Made by a program: the position numbers and the translations under genes. Under the pieces are notes generated by a model. That model was given only the letters and a program-made list of their open reading frames with translations, was not told where the DNA came from and made no database searches. A DNA stretch of 64,000 nt from Euglena gracilis (taxonomy: Eukaryota), in the NCBI GenBank assembly GCA_039621445.1, contig CP154954.1, positions 4,141,437-4,205,436 of the forward strand. Direction: 5' to 3'. Numbering within the stretch: the first letter of the stretch is position 1; each line of letters begins with the position of its first letter. Positions 41,082 through 53,400 of the stretch are shown in pieces.

Positions 41082-43454
41082 GGACGCGAGCTGTACAACA
41101 GGAGATGCTCCGGTCGCACCCGTACCAGCTGTTGCAGAAGCTGTGGAATATCCTGGTGTTCTCTAGCGTTGCTGCACCTGGGCCACGAGGTGTGACAGTG
41201 TACCTGGAGGGGGAGACCGGAGGACGAGGTGAAGGGCACCACCGCTCATCTGGTGCTGCAGAAGTGCCTCATGCTGCTGATGAACCTGGAACGACTGATG
41301 ACTGCCGGAAGGCCGCCCTCGGAATACCAGCGGACCATCTCCCTCGCCCTGCTGGTCTGGCAAGACTGGATGTGACGGCTGCTCGGCTGCCCGGCTGCGA
41401 GGTCATGCTGTCAAGGCTGTCCTCTGCCAGCGGAACCCGCACGTGACCAGCTTCGACGTTACGCTACAGCTGTTCCTGAACCTTGGTGCCTCCTCCAGAG
41501 CGGCTCATCACAGCCATGGTAGCCTTTGGCGGCAGTTGGTACAGGAGATGGCACGTTGTGTGCGTGGCTTGGTTGGAAGCCCCGGAGAACGTCCATTTCC
41601 AAAGAGGGACAGCACCACGTGCAGTGGCTGCTGGACCCGGAGAACTTCTCCACCTGGATGGCACCCGAACCTCTTCCAACACATATGACCACTGAGCAGC
41701 TGCTGTGGCATTATTTGCAGACCCTTGACCGAGGGCAGCGCCTCGCATCGGACGTGGAGGAGTGGCTCAAGAACAACGTTGGTTGTGTGGACCCAGATCT
41801 TCTGCAGGAAAGACAAAAGGCCATCTCCACCTTCTTGGCACACTGAAGAAGCACGGCTGAAGCAGGAGAAATTCCACCACTGCCTCCAGATGAAGCGGAA
41901 ATCTCTTGTATGACATGTGGGAAGCGGAGAAAACGAAACGAAACGGAAGCACGCTTCATCAACTTGGAAAATGGATATTTCATTCCAGAAAGAACTGACG
42001 TAACCCTGCAGCCGGCCAACTGGTTGTGGACCAGACCTGAGCAGGGGCAGGTCCGTCGGCCTTGCAAGGAGCACGTCAACGACGTCATCACCGAGCTGAA
42101 GAACAATCTCCCGCAGGAGCTGATGCTGACTGGGTGGCTGGAGAGAGGAGACCACCCTACCTCCCTGTGCCGTTGTCTGCTTTCCCGAGGTGATATTTCA
42201 CCTCACTCCAAATTATATGCAGAACTGATTCGGATTACTTTTATACTTCTTCATTCTTTTGCCATGTTTTTATATACTGCTTAAATAAAGGTGGGGGAAT
42301 GCAAATTTCTCTGTGGCATCTTTTTCACAGCTGCCGGGAAGTGGGTCATACTGAGTGGACAACACCATTTCCTGGCCGCGGCAGCCATCGCCGACGCCGC
42401 GATCACCGATACGCCCCTGTCCTTCACGGAGAGGTTCCGGTGCAAAATGGTGAAGGAAAACACCCACATCATGGAGTGCCAGCAGCTGGCCGGCAGGCTG
42501 CAGGGCATGGACGGAAACGTGATGGACATGACGCTGGCAGACTGGCAGACTCCCTGCAACCGGGAGGCCACTGAAATACATGGGGTGCCCTACAACTCAA
42601 TGAAGACGGAGCTGTTGAAGACCGTGTTCAGCAAGACAGGCTGTTGGGAGACGGTGGATAGCGTCCTGGTGTGCTTGGTTGTTGGCATCATAATAAAATA
42701 AATACCTGCAGAGGATGAGAAACATGTGTACATGGACAAAAATAATGTCCATTGTGTGAATGTGTTGATAGACATGAATATAATTTGAATTGTTTCCCCG
42801 CTTCAATTTTATTCTGATGTGGTTGTTTTCATCCTCTCAGGGGACCTGGGTGAAGGCCATGTTCCCGGTCACGCCCACGGAGGAGGAGCCCCCGCCCAAG
42901 CAGGACGGCCAGGGGGCAAAGGAGTACAAATCCAAGGAGACTAAAGAATCGCAGGAAAAGCCCAAGGAGAAGGAGTCCAAAGACAAGCCGCACAAAAAGC
43001 CCAAAGACATATTCAAGAAAGGCGCTCGGGGGTCCGCCTCCTTGTAGCCGGCCCGGCACTCCGAGTCGTCCCTGGAGCCGCTAGAGGGTGTGGCGCAGAA
43101 AGAGTGGTGCAATAATTTTTGACAAGGTTCATTGAGTCATTCATATATGCCTTCATCTTTATTTAATAATTATTCATATAATTATTTTGTACTATTGAAG
43201 AAGCGTGTTTCTGCTTTTTTACCAATATGCAAATTCCATCTATTTTAAAAAAGTCTTTCATTCAGGACTGAATGCTGTTTGGGCATTTTCCTTGCTTTTT
43301 TTTCCTTTACAGAATGAGGAGGACAAAAGCTTTTTCTGCAAAACTCTGGTTTCAGTCTGCTATTACTCTGTCGCCAGCTTGCACTGCCTCTCTGGTGTCG
43401 CGGAAGCGGTCCGCCCCGGAGAACATCCAGGAGATGATGGTTGACGAGGACTGA
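41082..43454 (+). pseudogene. Multi-exon pseudogene: unknown N-terminal domain, ParB/Srx-like domain, K/E-rich tail
   Basis: GC-rich exons are separated by AT-rich GT-AG introns at 42190-42330, 42669-42840 and probably ~43107-43312. The first two preserve frame (...LLSR-AAGKWVILSGQHHFLAA; ...VDSVL-GTWVKAMFP). In-frame TGA at 41844-41846, TAG at 43045-43047, and frameshifts in 41200-41620. Confidence 0.75.
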
Positions 43455-43571
43455 GTGGCCAATGCGGCTGCGGTGGCAGCAGGCGGCGGGTGCCGCCTGC
43501 GTGGGACAAGCGTCATCGCACTGTGACCCCAGACCCCGGATCAAAAACACCAGGCAACATCACACACAATA

Positions 43572-43807
43572 AACCCGACACCCTATTTATAACCCCCCCA
43601 TCCTATAATCCCCCCTACTTATAACCCCCCCCCTCAGGCCCAACCACTAAACCGTGACTTATAACCCCCCCGGAAGCCATGAGAAGGCAAAGAGAACCGC
43701 CAAGCTGAAACCCCCCCACTTATAACCCCCCCCCCTCGGGACAAACCACTAAACAGGATCCTGTAAATTATATAAGTTAAGGGGGTTATAAATGAGGGGG
43801 GGGGGGT
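43572..43807. mobile_element. TA-flanked MITE (TTATAACCCCC motif)
   Basis: Left ...ATTTATAACCCCC, right GGGGGTTATAAAT...poly-G TT|A. The motif is repeated about four times internally. Left terminus is degenerate. Confidence 0.75.
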
Positions 43808-46800
43808 TACCCGGACACCAAGCACACTCGTGTCGATTGTTTTGTTTCTGTGTCTCTTTGGCATGACTACGGACATCGAGGGTGCCTGGGGTGCATGGTC
43901 GGATATTCAGTGCCTAGACAAGAACATAAATACATACTTTGTTTTTGGGCTCTGCTTTAGGACGCGTAAAGACTGACTGTTGAATGTGGTTATGACACAG
44001 TTTTACTTCTCTGGGCTGTTTCAAATTTCAGTGATTGTAGTGTAATTTCCCATTCAGATGGTCAATGGTATTCTTCTTCTGATGCACACAGTTTGTCACT
44101 TTGTTCTGGTCAAAGACATTCTGTTGGGTTGAGGAAACAGAAAACCAGGTGTGAATCCACAATTTCCTCTTTTTTGAATTTTCCCTACCGATTTTGTTCA
44201 TTTTCATACAATTTGAAAAAAATGGGTCATTTCGAGTGTATTTTCGACTTTATAGGACTTTGTTACTGCAAGCCAAATATCCATTGAGATTGGACAAATT
44301 CGGGACCTCTTAAAGAAACTTCAAAAACTTTTTTTGGAAGCGGTTTTCGCATCCTCTGCCGTTTACAGAGAATCAGAAATTTTGGGCAATTTACGCCGCC
44401 TAAGTCAATAAACTGGCTCAAAAAAAAAACCCAAGCAGATGGCTTTGGGCTTTTTTGTCTCCATTCAGGTGCAGACCGGTCCCGACCGGCATCTGATTTG
44501 GACCCACCCCCCTGGACCCCCACCCTCCAGGGAGTCCAGCCAGCACTGTTTTTCCAGCTATTACAACAAACCCAACTGTCAAATTTTCATGAATAGAATT
44601 TCTGGAAAAAAATACTTGAAGGAAAGAAGATGCATCCAATTTATCCCCAGAGTTCAAATTTAGACCATTTTGCCACTTTGCCATTTTTGCCACGGTGAGC
44701 CATATTTTCCAACAACTTTCAAAGAATTTTGCAAATTGAAGTTGAAACCAAATTAACCCATCCTTCAAAACTTGCTCCATCCAAGCAATCTATCTTGGTG
44801 TTCTTGTGTTCCCACTCTATTACCAGTCTATTACCACCAAGAAATCGCTTCAACCAGCACTGTCTTGATGGTTTACAAATCACATGCAAATTATACCATC
44901 TCACCAAGGCTCCAGACAAAAAAAAGAGGTCTCCATCCCAGCCGGGGGAGCAGGTGGTGGCTGTAGAACGGGTGCTGGCTGGACCCTCCACAAATTGGTT
45001 CCCCTCCGGCTTAAGACTACCCCTGCTTCAAGCACAAAACAAATGCTTTTTCTACATGACCGTGAGACAAATTCAGTTTTGTTGGCCACATCTCCTTTTT
45101 TGGGGTTTCTGAATATCAGAATGGAAGAAAACAGAGACCCAAATAGCTGCATTTTTTTCCAATCATATTTTTATATTTGCATCCTCCTCAAAGCATCTTC
45201 TTGACACTTGACACATTTTCTGCTTCGCCCTGTGGAGGCTCTTCCTGATCAACAATGGCATTATTTTAACTTCATCGATATTCAGCGACACTTTACTCTG
45301 TTTCAAACACCAGCAGGCTTATTCCCTTCGCAAGGTTAACTTGCAGTGTCAACAAGAAATCAGAGAATGGGTGGGGAAGAGGGAACAGGGCAGAAAAGCC
45401 TCACACCCACTAACTACAAATAAGCTGAAATTCATCATATTTGGCGCTGGGGACACTTCCGCAACGCGTGCAACACGTGTTTCGCGCACCGCATGGTGCC
45501 GCAAATGCACCACGTGTGGCACTCCATGCCACCATACTGCAACCACCACAATAGGCCAAAAGAAATGGCTAAAAAAATGTTCAAATTTGAAAAATTGTGA
45601 AATTGCAAAACAGTGACCAAAAAAGTGACCAACAGTAGCATCATAAATGGTTTAAATGGGAAACAACACAAAAAAAAGCAAAAAAAACCCAAAATTTGGC
45701 AACAAACAGCCGAAGATGAAAAAGGAGTTTAAAAGCGGCCAAAGGTGGCCAAAATGAGTGAACCTTCCAACACTGTGCAGACGCTGTGACGTGGTGCACG
45801 CGGTGCCACACGAGGTGCGCGTGGTGTGGCAGCGTCCTCCCCCTGCCCTGGTCATAACCCCACCTACGGCGATCTGAAAGTCGGCCCTGGTTGGCTCCGA
45901 TTCTGCCGACTAGGCCAATGGTACCCCCAAACAGCTTCACCCCTACGACGACAACAATTAAACTTCAGGAACAAAATTTCAAGGGAAAAAAGACATGAAA
46001 CTGAAAAAAAAAATTGATTGTTGACCTGAGCATTTATTTCTGCAAATCACTCTCTGGTGGAAGCACTTGACAATGGCGTGCGGCAAACCCATGCAAAAAA
46101 AACGGCCGCCGAGTCTGCGTACTATTTTGCCATATATTACCAAATTGTATGCAATCCATGCAACCATAAAAAGCACACCCATCCGTGGAGGTTGCTACCA
46201 CCCCAACCTTTGGCTAAACACGGCAATCGCCTGCACGCCGCCCGAGCAGCTCTGGAGCCCTTCCACTCAACCCGCACATCGGCACCGCAGGGCAGCGACA
46301 GAGAGGAGAGCATTTTGTTGGGAGGATGGCTTGCCTGGGAAAACGTGGGGGCGGATGGAATGTTGCAAATGCTGTTGTAAGCCAGCAACCCAAAAAGCAA
46401 AGCTAATGGCAAAGCAACTGAATCAGGGCGATGATAAATGAACCCACGGGGGGGGGGTCCAGTTAAGAGGCAGGAAAATTTGGGCTGGCTGGAAAAAAGC
46501 TGCTGGCTGACGGTCCCAGGCTGGAGCTGAGCCTGGACAACTTTTTCCCGACCCATTTTCGCCGACTTCCGTACATCTAAAAGCCAAAATCTGTTAACGT
46601 TTCATTGATGAGGAGAAGGGGGTCCGGGGCTGGAAAAAAGCTTCAGGGAAAAGGCTGCTGGCTGGCTGGACCCTTCGGGGGGGTCAAAATTCAAGACCCT
46701 TCGGGGGGTTAAAAAAGCAACGTCCTGAACTGAATTATAATGAAAAACAACTACAAATGAATTGAAAATTGTCATATTACCAGAAACAGAATTCGAAAAA

Positions 46801-47985
46801 TGAAAAACCAGAATACACAAATCAAAAAACTGCTTTTGAAGCAACAACAATGCTCCCCTCAACTCCCCCGCGAGCAGCCCCCCCCCCCGTCCGAGCTATT
46901 TCCACAATGGGAAGGGAATAGCTCACTGTTTTAGCACTTTCATGAAGAAAATCTCAAAACAGTGTTCAAAATTGACCTTTTTTGGAAGGTTTCAAACATC
47001 ACTTTTTGGCAAATGTGCTTGGTATTGACCTTTTTTTTTTTTTGCGAAAATCCAAAAAAAGTTGCCAAAAATAACCCCTTTTTGGGCTTTCCCGCATCGG
47101 GGATGGGGAACATCAACACAACAAAAACATTTCTTTTTTCAAAATTGTTTCTTCAAAAAAAAAAAAAGGAATCAATAAACACCAAAAATGCTGCAACAAA
47201 AGAACACGTGATGCAGATTTGAAAAATGATGTTGTCGGTTTGCCCAATTGCATTCTTATGCAATTACTGCTGATGGAATTGGTCTAAAAAAATGTTTTAT
47301 GCAACTTCGTTTTCTCGCGTGCCCCAAAAAAAGTCGAAAATATGCATTTTTTTTAAATTATTACGATTTTTGATTCTGCAAAAAAATGGAAAACATCGCA
47401 GTGTAAAAATTTGCACTCCCTCTTGTCAAAATTGCAGTGTTAACATAACCTCCCCCCCCCCACCCGGCGCTTTGCCTGGGCACAAATGAAGGAGGGCCAG
47501 GGTCAATCTTAAGCGGCCAAATCTGTATTGTTAAGGATTTTGTTGGGCCTTGCGCAAAATAAGCCAGAATGTTAAAATACGGGTCCAAGGTGACAAGTTA
47601 TGGCCGTGGGTCCACTTTAGGGGGAGGCATGTAAGGAGGAGGGGGACAAAAAGCCTTGGGGGGTTCTTCAGGGGAAAGACACCTCACCTGAACCAACACG
47701 AAAACACCTCCCTGTTCAAAACACAGCAAGGTTTTGGGTGTTCCTGACAGGGGCAACCAATGACACGTTCTGTCTTAGAAAAGAATGCCTGTCCCTTGGA
47801 AAACACCTGCTGTGATTGCAAAATCTCCAAAAATATAAGCAGTTCTGTCACCTATATTTTGTTTCCGAAAAAAAGGCTTAGGGTGATTTAAATTTGGGGG
47901 TTGCCCAAGTTTAAAGAATGCTTCTTTCAGCCGTTCCAATGCAATTTTCATGAAAATGATCTTCATAGCATCAGGCCAGGGGTTG

Positions 47986-48925
47986 CTTCTGTTTGGGGTT
48001 TGCTTGGATTTGGGTGTCGGGCCAAAATATAGTTCGAAATGTTGCTGAAACTTGGGGGTTACTCACAAAATGGTTGATTACATTGGGTGGCTATTTTTTT
48101 TTCATGGGTCTTGCTGTGGTGTTTCATGTCTAATTGATCTCGTCTGGCTGGCCCTGTCCACCTCCAGCCTCCCCCCTCCCTATTTTTAAGGCGCTTATAA
48201 AAACCTAAAATGCCTTAAAAAGGTGCATGAAAATATGTTGCCAAAATGCCTCTAAATCCTTGAAAATGCGCAAAAATGGCAGGAGTATCTCGGACCAAAC
48301 AAATATCAAAGCGCAAAATCTCTCCAAAAACGAGCATCGCTGGAACATTGCTGTCCTAAACATCAAAAAAAAAGTGTTTTTTTGCCGTTTTGATTTTGGG
48401 GAACATTCAAAATTCAAAACGTTGGTTCGATAACCCTTGGACCACCCTGGAAAACAACGCCTTAAAAAGTCTTTACAAAATGCCTTAAAATATCTCAAAA
48501 TGTCGGGAAAAATGCACAAGAATAATAATACCTGCTCATGGCAAAGAGCAAAAGAAAGGGATGTGTGAACGGTTGTCTTGCATGGCTTTCCACACGGGGT
48601 CAGATTAGTCCAGAGGGTGGAAATATCTCATTACCACCGAAGATTGTGCGACTCGCGGTGGCTGAGCGCGTGTGGAAGGTCCGGCGCGCTGGAGGTGCAG
48701 TCAGCGCTGGCGGTGCAGACCGAAGGGGCAGGGTACCTGCCAAGTGGCATAGGCAAAACGGCGGGAGGAAGAGACTGCCAGGGTGGTCCGGCGGCGTCGG
48801 CGGAGAATGGTACACCAAAAGAGCCGCGGCATCACCATTTTTATTGGAAAAGATCAAACACAACAAAGTTTCGCTGGCTTAGGCCGCCTAACTCGCACTT
48901 GGCTTTGAAAATGACAGTAACTTTG
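47986..48925 (+). repeat. Diverged single copy of the right part of the 2.63-kb tandem unit (1776-2680)
   Basis: CTTCTGTTTGGGGTTTGCTTGGATTTGGGTGTCGGGCCAAAATATAGTTCG... is near-identical, then collinear. Further partial copies at ~35865-36340 and ~10550-11125. Confidence 0.93.
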
Positions 48926-49606
48926 TGCCGACACGCAAATTTACTTTGAAAAAAAGTTCTGTCTTCGAACACCGAGGCCTGAGTGTCAGGGCAGTCCGCA
49001 TTAATGTCTCCCTGCACCCCCAGGGCCTGGGTAAGAAAGCAACGACTTGGAACTCTACGGTCAATGGGCACAGCACACTGGGCTCCTGTGGCTGTTGCGC
49101 CGACGTTCAAATTCAAGCTCTCAGGGATCGCAACTCTGTGACACGTCGTTTTTCTAAACTTTTCACAACGTGTGCGTGGAGTTTACCCTCTGGATGACTC
49201 AGCAGGCAAGTCTTCATACACATGTCGCAGAGCCTAAAAAAGCAACCAAAAATGTTAAAATTCACCCAACCTGTGTAGCACCATCTGGGGAACACAGTCA
49301 AGGTTTCAAAAACGAGGGATTCACAACAGAAGTTTTGGCCCTTTTTTGGGGAAATTCATGTGTCCCAGCATGCGTTCAAACCCAGGGGGTTTGAACCTTT
49401 TGAAAAATGGTGCACAGGGTGGAAAACACCAACATGGGGCCCTGGTCACAACATCAGCTCACGGCACCGTGGATGATCTCCGTGGGACCAAAGAGTCAAA
49501 AGGGTGGGTTTCACCACCGGGGTTCAAAAAGATTGCAACACTGCAGACATTGCTCTAAAGCGAAATGAAACAATCAAAACCTTAAATGCGAGTTAGGCCG
49601 CCTAAG
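48878..49606. mobile_element. 729-bp non-autonomous DNA transposon, ~20-bp TIR, 3-bp TSD (TGG)
   Basis: TGG|CTTAGGCCGCCTAACTCGCA ... TGCGAGTTAGGCCGCCTAAG|TGG. Empty site TTTGCTGGCGCCCCGACAG at ~11125 (similar at ~36335). Confidence 0.9.
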
Positions 49607-49822
49607 TGGCGCGCCGTCAGTTTTCACTCCCCGTGGCCGTGGAGGGTACTTGGAAACCCGAGGGGGAGACTGGGCGATTCAAGGGGGAATCCGACCCCAC
49701 TCCCCGACTTCACATCAAAAATATTTCAGCTGAATTTGAAATGCAAAACAAGCACTTCTGTAAATTGGGGTGGAGATTTGGGGATGAGGAATTTACAAAA
49801 TGATCAACAAAACATTTCGCTG

Positions 49823-49983
49823 GGAGAAAAAAAAAGCTAGAAACGAGTTGTTTCAGTCAGGAAATTATACAGAAAATTGGTTCCAGACCGAACGTTTGGG
49901 CCACGGAGAAAAAAAAAGCTAGAAACGAGTTGCTTCAGTCAGGAAATAATACAGAAAATTGGTTCCAGACCGAACGTTTGGGC
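49823..49983 (+). repeat. 82-bp tandem duplication
   Basis: GGAGAAAAAAAAAGCTAGAAACGAGTTG...CCGAACGTTTGGGC at 49823 and 49905, with two visible substitutions. Confidence 0.95.
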
Positions 49984-50224
49984 TACCTAAAAGAAAGGTG
50001 CTGTTATCAAATCGTCAAGAAACTGAACATTTGTATTATTGGGAACATAAAGATTTGAAATTTTCGATTTCTGGTGAAAAAGGTCTCAGCTGAAAATCGG
50101 GTCACTTCATTTCTAAGTAACTCTTAAAGTCGACACACGTACGCACAACAAAACCTTGCAAAAAATAACAACCAACACAAAAAACGAATTCGAAGAACAG
50201 CGTCTTATAACCGCAAATGATATA

Positions 50225-50403
50225 CCTCCCCCCCCCAAGCCCAATGAACACTAAGGTGACAATCTAGCCGGTCCGAACGGGGGGTGTTCATTGGGCTTTG
50301 GGTATGGTTTCTGTGTAGATAAGGTATATGGTGACAATCTAGACGGCCCGGACACCCCCTGTTCATTGGGCAAGGGTGTTCATTAGGCATGGGGGGGGAG
50401 AGG
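50225..50403. mobile_element. 179-bp TA-flanked MITE (GTTCATT motif)
   Basis: TA|CCTCCCCCCCCCAAGCCCAATGAACAC ... GTGTTCATTAGGCATGGGGGGGGAGAGG|TA. Related right ends at ~9045-9098 and ~13505-13557. Confidence 0.88.
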
Positions 50404-53400
50404 TACCACAATAAACTGCCAACCATAAGCCTGGTGGGGAGGGGCGGTTCTGTGGTCCAATGGGGGAAAAAGGACAATGTGCACCTTCATTACCAAAGAA
50501 CCGACTGAATCTTTCTGTTGATTGTCAAAAAGAAAGTGCGAGGTGAAAACCCGGGGTTGAGAAGGGGAGATGAAATCCACGAGACTTACTGACGCTGGTC
50601 CTCAGCTTCCATGGTCCCTTTCTGGAAAATGGCGTCATCATGCCTGGGCAGCCAGTGGCACGTCCCACCCTGGGGATGGAGGTGAATGAGGTGGAATGCA
50701 CCACGCGTGTGGGGGCGAGTGATGGGACACTGGGGCACGCTGGGGCACGCACCAGACTGGCGCCAGGGGGCGTGCCACGGCGGCGATTTTGCGGAGGAGG
50801 AGGGGAGACACGCAGACAACCCCAACCAAACAAATTAAAACAAAATAGCACTAACTAAGCAAAACGGGCAGTACCTGGGAGCATGATCTACAACTTGGAG
50901 TTCTGGGCATACCCCCCCCCTCGCTTTCAGGAATTGTCCAGCACACTTGAAAAAGAAATGTGTGTGAAATGTGTCTGAGTTTTCTTGACCCCAAAGGGAC
51001 AGCTGGACCCCAAAGGGGAGTCCATCGGTCCGGCTGCAGAGGTGCTGGCTGGACCCCCCGCCCTTTTTCAGTGGAAAAGTTCACGGAAAAAGAATTGTAA
51101 TAAAAAACCAAACACCCACCCTCCAAACAACCCACTTTTGACCATATTTGGACCAAATTTCACCGATTTGCATCCGAAGAAGAAATCCCGCATCCCAACC
51201 CGGCCACGAAAACTCCCCCACCGTAACCCTCACTCTTGAGGGCATTTTATTTTTATTTATTTATTTTATTTATTTACTTATTTATTCAAAAAAAATTTGA
51301 TTTTTTTTTGATATTTCCCCCCTAAATTGGTCAGAAATGCCCCAAAGGTGTGGTATTTCGATTTATGTCATGTTTTTATGGTTACTATGATGCCTTCCTT
51401 ATTCTTATGTTTGCATATGTCTGTCATTTATTTAAGTCGTTTTCTTTAATTATTTGTTGTTATTCTTATTTTTTGTTCACTCTTTTTTGTCGTATTCCAG
51501 TTATTTTACTTCTTTTTTCATTGGCAATATATTGCACCAGCTACTCTGGAGCTCTTTTACTTTGCACGAGCATGAAAGAGCATAAAAAAAAAACAATGTT
51601 ACAAAAACAGCAAATATTCGAAAGTTAAAACCAGGTCACCCCACCCGAGCACTGCCCCTTAGACGGGGGCGGGTATGATACAGGGGTAAAGGTCGCACAC
51701 CCCACACGAATAGTGCCAGGGGGGACAAAATGCCATCTCTGTGGGAACTCCTTTGTGCTTCTGCTATGGCAAGCACCATGGTCGAAGGCACGTTTCTATG
51801 TTGTGGGGAGGTACACGACCACGTGGGTTTGAAAAGCTTCCATGACGGCTCTGTTTGAACTTCCGAGACTTTCTCAACATCGCTCTTTAGCTTGCAATTT
51901 TTTTCCATGCAGGGGGAAATGCCCGGTTCATACAGCACTAGCACTGACCACTTCCCGATTATTGGAACCGGAACAGAACAATCGTTGTCATTCTGCCAAA
52001 CAAACTAACTGGAATCGCGTAAATTTGCTGGCGAAACGTCCCATGGGCGGCTCCCTCCAGCACAGTGGTTCAGGAAGGTCAAGCCAGCACACCGCTGCCC
52101 GCAAAGCGGTCAGGGTTGGGGGGGAAGGAGGTCCGACATAGCCCGGAGGCAACCCCGTGGCAGGCTGGGAGGGAGAGTCATTCCACCAGTGGCACACTAA
52201 TGATTGCAAGAGGTGTGCCCCCCAAGCACACAACAATGGTATCGGTGCCCCTGGCATTTCAAGGCTGAAATGCTGAGAGGTATGGTTGGAAATTGCGTAG
52301 ATTGGTGGAATTGCATCCCTGGGGTCTGTGCATCACCAAACGGCTTCTTGAGCCCGAGGGGACCTTGTCCCCTGGTCGAGCTACAAGCACCTGCGGACGC
52401 CTCTTTGTGGGGCTGCGAGAAGAAGCTGTGGTGGACCGAAAAAAATATTTAGGCTCCACCGAAAATCTTTTTTAAAAAAGGCAAAAAAAGACCAAAAACA
52501 ACAACATTTTTAAATGCATTTATACATATCACCTCAAATGATTGGCTGAAAAATTCCAACCAACCCAACTGTATTTGGACTTTGTTGGTTTTACCAGCCA
52601 GGTCCATCTTTGAGATGCAGAAATACTTAGAATATGAAAAAAAAATTACACAAGCTGCATCTGGGAGTGGCACAGAGCAACCTCACTTATATTTTCACTT
52701 TTGAGCAGCAATATTTCATCAACTACTGACTTTTTGCAATTATTTGGCAGCCATAATATGTGCTGTGTCTTCTTCGTCTTTGTGGGCACACCCCATCTTC
52801 TGGCCTGTGGGACGGTTCCACTTTTCACTTTCAGGATTTGTACTAGTGGGGGTGGGGCACAAGGGTGTTGGGTAATTCGCCCGTGGATGCGCCAAACAAC
52901 TGCAACCACATTGCATGGCTTGCGAGTATGACGTTTTATCCTCCTCCCCTGCAGCATGTCCCAGGCAAATTTCCGACCATGATTGTACGTACCGACCGGG
53001 TGGGAGGAGGGGGGGTAGGGGTCTGGGGGGGACCCAGAAAATTTTCATTGAAGATGGACTTTTCCGGGCCCCGGTTCCTTCGGAGTCGGGGTCGCAGGGG
53101 GGTGTCTGCTATGGGACCGTTTCAGGGACGAGGACTTTTCAAATATTAGCAAATGGTTTTTGATTTTTCAAACGGGCTCAGAACAGGGATTTGCTGAAGC
53201 CGACAGGAACTCCATCCCCCAGGGTTGGGTCCAGTCAGCCAGCCACATTTTTCAAAATCTAGACCCCCCACCTATCGAAGTTGGCAAAAGGGGGCAGGAA
53301 ACAGCTAGCCAGCCAAATTTTGGGGTCAAAATATTTATTATAATTGGCGATTCTCGGCCACTTTTGTAGTTTCAATTTCTGGTACCAAATTCTGGTTCGG

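Noticed and set aside
48879-48891. TTAGGC/GCCTAA as telomeric repeat
   Set aside because: Single palindromic pair inside a TIR, not a tandem array.
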